This document shows positions 51,851 through 64,000 of a DNA stretch of 64,000 nucleotides, one piece after another (positions within the stretch are counted from its first letter, which is position 1; the number at the start of each line of letters is the position of its first letter). The notes beneath the pieces are model-generated. The model ran no database searches. It had not been told where the DNA came from and saw only the letters and a program-made list of their open reading frames with translations. Made by a program: the position numbers and the translations under genes. The stretch comes from Dictyostelium discoideum (Eukaryota), in contig CM000153.2 of assembly GCA_000004695.1 (NCBI GenBank), forward strand, positions 2,848,001 to 2,912,000, read 5' to 3'.

Positions 51851-52280
51851 ATGAAAAGATCAGAAAAATCAAGTACATCTGTTGTTAGTAATAACAAACA
51901 ACAAGATGTAAATATCATCAGTTCAAATGAAGTTGGTGTTAAAGAAGAAAATAAAGGACATCAAGAATTCTTATTAAAAGTTTTAATTCTATCAGTCATT
52001 TATGTTTTAGCATTTTCAACTCGTTTATTCTCAGTATTACGTTATGAAAGTGTTATTCATGAATTTGATCCGTAAGTAAAAAAATAAAAAAATAATTATA
52101 AATCAATAAAGAAATTTCCTTTTTTTTATTTTTTTCATTGAACTAATCAATTTCCTTTTTTTAAAAAAATAAAAAATTTAAAACAAAACTTAAAAATTTC
52201 CACTTTTGGTAAAAAAAAAAAAAAAAACACCCACTTAAAAAAAATGGAAATTAAATATATATCTTAAAAATTTTTATATC

Positions 52281-52311
<31 letters not shown>

Positions 52312-54292
52312 ATTTTATTTTTAAAAAAAAAAAAAAAAAAAAAATTATTATTATTATTATTATTATAGATATTTTAATTATAGATCAACAATATATCTTG
52401 TTCAAGAAGGTTTTTATAATTTTTTAAATTGGTTTGATGAAAGAGCATGGTATCCATTAGGACGTATTGTAGGTGGTACAATTTACCCAGGTTTAATGGC
52501 AACAGCAAGTTTAGTTCATTGGTCATTGAATTCATTGAATATTACAGTTAATATTAGAAATGTATGTGTATTGTTATCACCATGGTTTGCATCAAATACA
52601 GCAATGGTAACCTATAAATTTGCCAAAGAAGTTAAGGATACACAAACTGGTTTGGTTGCAGCAGCCATGATTGCAATTGTTCCAGGTTATATTTCACGTT
52701 CAGTAGCAGGTTCATTCGATAATGAAGGTATTGCAATCTTTGCATTGATTTTCACATATTATTGTTGGATTAAGTCAGTAAACACAGGCTCATTGATGTG
52801 GGCTGCCATCTGTTCATTGGCCTACTTTTATATGGCAAGTGCCTGGGGTGGTTATGTATTCATCATTAATTTAATCCCATTGCATGCCTTTTTCTTGCTT
52901 TTGACAGGCCGTTATTCACATCGTCTCTACATAGCCTACAGCACAATGTTTGTCATTGGTACAATCCTCTCTATGCAAATTACATTCATTAGTTTCCAAC
53001 CAGTTCAATCATCTGAACATTTGGCTGCCATTGGTATCTTTGGTCTCCTCCAATTGTACGCTGGTTTGTCATGGGTAAAGAGTCACCTCACCAATGAAGC
53101 CTTCAAGAAACTTCAACGTTTGACAGTGTTATTCGTTTTATCTTGTGCTGCTGCCGTACTTGTCGTTGGTACATTAACTGGTTACATCTCACCATTCAAT
53201 GGTCGTTTCTATTCATTGTTGGATCCAACCTATGCTCGTGACCACATTCCAATCATTGCATCAGTATCAGAGCATCAACCAACCACTTGGGCATCATACT
53301 TTTTCGATCTCCATATCTTGGTATTCCTTTTCCCAGCCGGTTTATACTTTTGTTTCCAAAAATTAACCGATGCTAATATTTTCCTCATTCTCTACGGTGT
53401 CACCTCCATTTATTTCTCTGGTGTAATGGTACGTCTTATGTTGGTTTTAGCACCAGTTGCATGTATTTTAGCCGCCGTTGCCGTCAGTGCAACCCTCACC
53501 ACCTATATGAAGAAGTTAAAGGCTCCATCATCACCAAGTGATGCTAATAATTCCAAAGAGAGTGGTGGTGTTATGGTTGCAGTCTTAACTGTTCTTTTAA
53601 TTCTCTACGCTTTCCATTGTACTTGGGTCACTAGTGAAGCCTACTCATCTCCATCCATTGTACTCTCTGCCAAACAAAACGATGGTAGTCGTGTGATTTT
53701 CGATGATTTCCGTGAAGCCTACCGTTGGATTGGTCAAAATACTGCCGACGACGCTCGTATTATGTCTTGGTGGGATTATGGTTATCAATTATCTGCAATG
53801 GCCAATCGTACCGTATTGGTTGATAATAACACTTGGAACAATAGTCATATCGCTCAAGTTGGTAAAGCATTTGCATCCACTGAAGAAGATGCTTACATAC
53901 AAATGAAAGCATTGGATGTCGATTATGTTTTAGTTATTTTTGGTGGTTTAACTGGTTACAGTTCTGATGATATCAATAAATTCCTTTGGATGGTTAGAAT
54001 TGGTGGTAGTTGTGATCCAAATATTAAAGAACAAGATTATCTCACCAATGGTCAATATAGAATAGATAAAGGTGCCTCACCAACAATGTTAAATTCTCTC
54101 ATGTACAAACTTAGTTACTATCGTTTCTCTGAAGTTCACACTGACTATCAAAGACCAACAGGTTTCGATCGTGTAAGAAATGTTGAAATTGGTAATAAAA
54201 ATTTCGATTTAACTTATTTAGAAGAAGCTTTCACATCTGTTCATTGGTTAGTTAGAGTTTATAAAGTTAAAGATTTTGATAATAGAGCTTAA
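51851..54292 (+). CDS. stt3: dolichyl-diphosphooligosaccharide-protein glycosyltransferase catalytic subunit STT3, 2 exons: join(51851..52071,52369..54292)
   Basis: It has the WWDYGYQ motif, plus [11 protein letters not shown] and the DK-like motifs. The N-terminus, ...[11 protein letters not shown]|[43 protein letters not shown], spans a GTAAGT...tattatag intron. There are multiple TM helices. Confidence 0.9.
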
Positions 54293-54513
54293 ATCTTTTT
54301 TTTAAAAAAAAAAAAAAAAAATAAAATAAAAATAAATAAAAAAAAAAAAAAAAAAAAAAAAAAGTAATATAATAATAATAATGATAATAATATTTATTTA
54401 TTTATTTGTTTTTTGTTTTTAGTTTAATTGGAATAGTTTAGAAGGAAATCTGAATTAACATTTTCTAATTCTTTTTTTATTTTTTTTTTTTTTTTTTTAA
54501 AACAAAATGAGAT

Positions 54514-54867
54514 TTAACCTCCGCTGACTGGTGGTATAATGGCAATTTCATCATTAGAATTAATTTTAATATCTTGGTCTCTTGAAATGTATTCTTGATT
54601 TACTGCCAATAAGCTAACTTCCAAAGTCTATTTAAAAATTAGAAATAGTGAGCACAGCACTTTTAACAAATTAACTTTTTTTTTTTTTTTTTTTTTTTTA
54701 GAAAATTAATAAAAACATACAGATGATATTTGTGGATATATATGTTTAAGCTTTCGAATTAAATTGAATGATGTACTTTCATCAAGTGGAAGATCAATAA
54801 ATATAGAATCTTTTCCTATAACTTCCTTTACCTTTGCAAATAATAATATTTTAAATTGATTTGACAT
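54514..54867 (-). CDS. molybdopterin synthase sulfur-carrier subunit MOCS2A/MoaD (ubiquitin-like, C-terminal Gly-Gly), 2 exons: complement(join(54514..54627,54721..54867)); 86 aa
   Basis: MSNQFKILLFAKVKEVIGKDSIFIDLPLDESTSFNLIRKLKHIYPQISS|TLEVSLLAVNQEYISRDQDIKINSNDEIAIIPPVSGG*. Compare the human MOCS2A tail, ...IIFAVRQEYVELGDQLLVLQPGDEIAVIPPISGG. It has a GTATGT donor and an aaatag acceptor, phase 0. Confidence 0.7.
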
Positions 54868-54890
54868 CTTGTAATTATACTATATTTTTT

Positions 54891-54930
<40 letters not shown>

Positions 54931-55242
54931 CTAACTTTTGTAAAATAAATTAAAAAAAATTAAAAATTAAAAAAAACCAAATAAAGGAGGTAATAAAAAA
55001 AGGTTTAAAATTTATTTAAAATAACATTACTAATTCAGTAAAGTTTATTTTTTATTGTTTTTTTTTTTTTTTAAAGAATTTAAAAATATTAAAGATAGGT
55101 TTTAATTCAAATTAATTGATTAAATAATTGTAGATTTAAAAATTATCATTTGTTTAGTACAAATTAAAATATTAAAAAAATTAATTTTTAATAATTCCTG
55201 TAAAAAAAAAACTAAAAAAAAAACTAAAAAAAAAAAAAAAAA

Positions 55243-55902
<660 letters not shown>

Positions 55903-56279
55903 ATTGTTTTATTTTTTATTTTTTTATTTCAAATGAAATAGTGATATTAATTTTTAAAAAACCATAAATAGAAATTAAATAAGAATAAATTTTTTAAAAA
56001 AAAAAAATAATAAAATAAAAAAACCACACAAAAGTGTTTAATTAATGAAATGAAAGTAAAATGTTAAAAAAAATGAATAAATAAAAAAAAAAAAAAATAA
56101 AAAAGGGGTTTGTCAAAGGTCGAAAACTATCATTCAATTAAAAACTTATTTTTATTTTCATCTTTTTTTTTTTTTTATTTTTTTTTTATTTTTTTTTTTT
56201 TTTTTTTTTCGTTCGTTTTTTCATTTTTAATCCCATAATTTATATATTATTAATGGTTAAAATAAAAGAAATGTTTTAT

Positions 56280-56520
56280 TGAAATTTAAAAGTTATGACC
56301 AAACTCTTAGGATCATTTCTAGAGTATCGTCTATTAAAATTATTCATCAATAATTTTTCCTCTTTCACAGCTAGGATGATGATATACACTCACTACACGA
56401 AAGCGTGAAACCGTTATTATCGAATGATTCATTTATTCTTTATTAACATTGATGACCGTCTAATTCAGGGATGAATTGGTTGTGTGGTGGGATTCGTACT
56501 GGCTCTTTTTTAATTTAATT
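56280..56520 (+). ncRNA. candidate non-coding RNA / structured element (speculative)
   Basis: It is a 240-bp island of unusually balanced base composition in intergenic DNA, with no credible ORF on either strand. It contains AUGAUGA (a C-box-like motif) and ends ...ggctcttttttaa (a T-run). I did not confirm a D box. This is weak. Confidence 0.2.
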
Positions 56521-56788
56521 AATGAAAAAAAACCAAAATAATTTAAGTTTTTTATTTAATATTGTACTAAATAAAAAATATTTTTTATTATTTGTTTAAA
56601 ATTAAAATTCTTTGTTTGATAATTAAGAATTAAAAAAAGAATAGTTTCTTAACATTTTAAAATTAAAATTCATAAATAAACTATTAACTATTAATTATTG
56701 TTTATTTCCTTTAATGGATAAACACTGATTTATCAATATTTAAAAAATAAATAAAATAAAATAAAACTATTAAAATTTTGACTAAATT

Positions 56789-56851
<63 letters not shown>

Positions 56852-57080
56852 AAAATAATTATTCCTTTATTTTATTTATAATGATTTTGTTTTGTTTAGC
56901 ATTGTTTTTTTTTTTTTTTTTTTTTTTTTTATAAACAAGATATTTTTTTATTTTTTTTAATTTCCCAATTTAATTTTAATAAAAAAAATCTTTTATTAAT
57001 TTTTTTTTTTTTTTCATTTCATTTCAAAAAAAAAAAAAAACCAAACAAGAAAATAATAATAATAAAAAAACACATATGCA

Positions 57081-58497
<1,417 letters not shown>

Positions 58498-58557
58498 TAA
58501 AAATAAAATAAAATAAAATAAAATAAAATAAAATAAAATAATATTAATCAAATAATA

Positions 58558-58611
<54 letters not shown>

Positions 58612-58668
58612 GAAAAATCTAAAATTCAAATAAATTTTAAAAATAAATCAATTAAACAAAAGAAAGAA

Positions 58669-58711
58669 GTGAAAAATTATTTATTAAAATTAATAAATTC
58701 TAGTTTTATTA

Positions 58712-58755
<44 letters not shown>

Positions 58756-59266
58756 TCAAAATTACAATATATTCAACAAAGAAATTATTCAACCAATAAA
58801 AATAATCAAAACCTGGAAAATAATGAATTTTCACATATTACTAAAGATGGTAAATTGCCAACAATGGTTGATATTTCCGATAAAATCATTACAAAGAGAA
58901 CTGCACATGCACAGTCAATATTGGAATTCCCATCAAATGTTTTATCTCAATTATTAAATTTAGAAAAAAATAATGATATTGATAATGATAATAACATTTC
59001 AAAAAATAAAGAAATAGTTTCTAAAAAAGGACCAGTATTTGCTACATCAATTGTTGCAGGTACAATGGCTGTAAAGAATACTTCAAATTTAATACCATTT
59101 TGTCATCCAATACCAATTGAGTCATGTAAAATAGAAATAACAATAATAGATTCAACAAGTGTAAAAGTAGATTGTATAGTTTCAATGAGTGGTAAAACTG
59201 GTGTTGAAATGGAGGCATTAACAGGTAAGAATAATTTTATTTTTTAGTTTTAATTTTGTTTTTTAT

Positions 59267-59311
<45 letters not shown>

Positions 59312-59503
59312 CATTTGTATTAACATTTAACTATTTTTGGAAAAAAATAAAAAATAAAAAATATAAAAAAAAAAGGTGCTACTATTACTAGTTTAACAAT
59401 TTATGACATGTGCAAAGCACTTTCAAAAGATATAGTAATTAAAGAAACAAAGTTAATTTCAAAATTTGGTGGTAAATCCTCGTCTCCACAAATTACAAAA
59501 TAG
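58669..59503 (+). CDS. molybdenum cofactor biosynthesis protein MoaC/MOCS1B (cyclic pyranopterin monophosphate synthase), 2 exons: join(58669..59224,59376..59503); the true translation start is unresolved
   Basis: [33 protein letters not shown]...[39 protein letters not shown]...[13 protein letters not shown]|[33 protein letters not shown] matches MoaC (LTHI...[19 protein letters not shown]). Position 58669 is a GTG, not an ATG. The first in-frame ATG (58864) lies inside the conserved N-terminal block. The ORF is in the same frame as MoaA 171 bp upstream. Confidence 0.7.
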
Positions 59504-60175
59504 GTATTAAAAAAAAATAATAAAAAAAAAATAAAGGAGAATTTGGTAAAAAAAAGTTATCAAAGGAATTAAAATGCTCAGCATTTTAATATTTTTTTTT
59601 TTATTTTTTATTTTGTTGTTTTATTTTTTTTTTTTATTAAATTCTCATTCACAGGATAATTATCATATAAAATTAAATTAGTTTTTTTTTTTTTTTAAAT
59701 TCTCTAAAAAATAAAAATTAAAAATAGTTTTAAAATAAAATTTCCAGATATATTTTTTAAAAAAATTTATTTAATTTTCTAAACACATTTTTTTAATAAT
59801 AACACAAAATAAAAATAAAATAAAAAAAAAAAGTTTTTTAATTAAATATTCAAAAAAGTGTGGGTAAAATGTTTGAAAAAAATGAAATATCTAAGTTTTT
59901 AAATGAGATATTAATTGTATGTGCATATTATTGTAATTACAAAATATTCTAAATTTAAAACACTGTTTTCCCCCCAATGTCACCACCATTTTTTTTTTTA
60001 ATTAACTTTTAAAATAATTAGTGGTGTTTTTATTTATTTTTAAAAATGAAATGGTTTATTCCTCCTCCACAAAATTAAAATTACTTTTAATAAAATAATT
60101 TTTTTCATTCTAAAAATAAAAAAAACAATTATTTCATTTTTAAAAATAATATTCAAATAAATAATTATAAAACAA

Positions 60176-60213
<38 letters not shown>

Positions 60214-60293
60214 ATTTAAACCACTACAAATCATTTTAAAAAAATAAAAATAATTAAAATTTTCTGTTAATTATAATTTTAAAAAAAAAAAAA

Positions 60294-62216
<1,923 letters not shown>

Positions 62217-62217
62217 C

Positions 62218-62252
<35 letters not shown>

Positions 62253-62486
62253 ATTTATTAAATAAAAAATACAAAGCGAGTATTATTAAATTTGTATAAT
62301 TTAAATTTTCCAAATATTTATTTTTTTTTTAAAAAAAAAAAAAAAGTTATTATTAAAAAAGGTTTTTTTTTTTTTTTTTTTTTTCTATATATTTTTTTAC
62401 AATCGGTTTTATGGTTTGGTTTTTTTTTTTTTTTTTTTTTTTTTTATATATATATAAAATATATTTTTTAATTAATCAATTAAATT

Positions 62487-63503
62487 TTAATTGTTTTTCA
62501 TAATTTCTTTTCTAATTTCAATTAGTTTTGAGTAATAGTATACATTATTTTGGTTAGCGCTATCTTCATTGTCATCATTATCAACTTTGATGAAATTTTT
62601 TGGAATCCAAGGTTTACCTTCTCTAGTTTTTGCTAAATTTCTTTGATTCTCTTCGACTATAGTTTTTTGTTTTGAAGCTTCATCTTCATTATTATTTAAA
62701 AGGTTTTCGATTACATGTTTCCAAACAACTCTTGAATTATTTTCTTCCAATTCATGTAATGGAGAAGTAATTGGTTGAATTTGATCACTATTTATATCGA
62801 AAAAGGCAGTGGTTTTACCAGTTTTTGTAGAGGTTATTGAAACTGTACCATCGAATTTACCTTCCAAAGTATATAATGCTTTCTTTGATGAAGGATGTTT
62901 AACTTTTACCAATAGTGAATGTTTACTCTTAAATAAACCTTTACCTTTGAATTCAATCTCAGCAGAGTAACCAGTTTTCTTACAAGTTAAATTTGTTGAA
63001 CCAACTGTTTCAGTTGATAATGATCCAACCAATACTCCTTTTACAATGATTTTTGGTGCCTCTACAATGTATTCCTCCTGTAGTGATGGTATTTCATAGA
63101 CTAATTTACCTTCCATACTATTCTCTAGGGAATTACCCCAAAACTTTGATGTTGGTGATAAATGAGAATGAAATATTACACCATTTTGTTGATTATGCAT
63201 ACAAAAACTACTTGATGGTGGATGATGTGAAATTTGTTCTGCTATATATTCTGTGGTTGATCCATCTTTATGAACCCATTTACATTGGTATGTCTCTCCA
63301 ATCACTGGATTAAATGGACTTTTTGCAATCTTTTGTTGAATCCAACCTGATAAATAAAATTTTAAAATTTCTAAAAATCTATCATCTTCATTTTCAATAT
63401 TTTTAACTCTTTAAAAAAAAATAAAAAAAAAAAAAAAAAATTTTATTAATTATTTAAATTATTATTATTATTATTATTATTTTTAATTTTTGGTGTTGGA
63501 AAT

Positions 63504-63538
<35 letters not shown>

Positions 63539-63551
63539 ATTTTTTATTTTT

Positions 63552-63595
<44 letters not shown>

Positions 63596-63602
63596 CAATA
63601 AT

Positions 63603-63639
<37 letters not shown>

Positions 63640-63895
63640 CTTACTTTAAAAGAATGTCTAAAAAAGAACCCTGGTCAGATAATTTCTCAAGAAATGATCT
63701 TGGTTCAGAATAACTGATTGGTAAAGACATTTTATAAAATGGTTGTTTTGAAGCAAATTGTTTAAGAAAACCAGAATTTTTCTTTTTATCTTCGCCATCA
63801 CAACCATCATTATTTATATCTAAATCATCTTCCATAATTTCTTCTTCAACCTCTTCTTCATATCCTATATTAGACTCATCTGAAATATCTGTCAT
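62487..63895 (-). CDS. oxysterol-binding protein (OSBP/ORP-related domain) family member, 2 exons: complement(join(62487..63408,63645..63895)); about 390 aa
   Basis: It has the OSBP fingerprint EQISHHPP, with KSPFNPVIGETYQCKW just upstream. The N-terminal exon ..KMSLPISYSEPRSFLEKLSDQGSFLDILLK| parallels KVSMPVQLNEPLNTLQRL..EYSELLDKA. It has a GTAAGT donor and a ttttaaag acceptor, phase 2. Confidence 0.8.
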
Positions 63896-64000
63896 TTTTT
63901 TAATTTATTTATTTATTTATTATTTATTTTTTTAATTAAAATTTTTTTTTATTGTTTAAATTTTACTAAAATAATTTTGATATTTTTTATTATTTAAATT

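Noticed and set aside
53703-53906. ORF 53703..53906(+)
   Set aside because: It is an alternative frame inside the STT3 CDS.

Overview
This 64-kb window is nuclear genomic DNA from a Dictyostelium-type social amoeba. It is about 75-80% A+T, with homopolymer-rich intergenic DNA, many poly-Asn/Gln coding tracts, and short AT-rich introns with GTAAGT/GTATGT donors and (T)nAG acceptors. It is eukaryotic, so there are no operons or CRISPR arrays. The window is gene dense: I can support about 28 protein-coding genes, most of them multi-exon. I reconstructed exon structures by hand from splice consensus, frame continuity and the ORF track.

Recognisable products include:
- 26S proteasome lid subunit PSMD13/Rpn9
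- a CENP-E-like kinesin, about 1,900 aa
- alpha-SNAP
- AP-5 mu subunit
- RAD54
- proteasome activator PA28/REG
- a TRAF-like RING/zinc-finger/MATH protein
- Derlin
- STT3
- a GATA transcription factor
- an OSBP-family protein
- an F-box protein
- a TMPPE-like metallophosphoesterase
- an FNIP-repeat protein
- a three-gene molybdenum-cofactor cluster: MOCS2A, MoaA/MOCS1A and MoaC/MOCS1B

The accessory content is a 3' fragment of a non-LTR retrotransposon next to an assembly gap, a second inverted copy of its 3'-UTR module 21 kb away beside a complex dyad repeat, several pure trinucleotide microsatellites that make up whole introns, and three stretches of apparently corrupted 'base-stutter' sequence.

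The most interesting observation is that MoaC has no in-frame ATG covering its conserved N-terminus. It lies 171 bp downstream of MoaA in the same frame. A perfect GTATGT donor just before MoaA's Gly-Gly-stop and a TATAG acceptor would splice MoaA to MoaC, mirroring the human MOCS1A-MOCS1B fusion.
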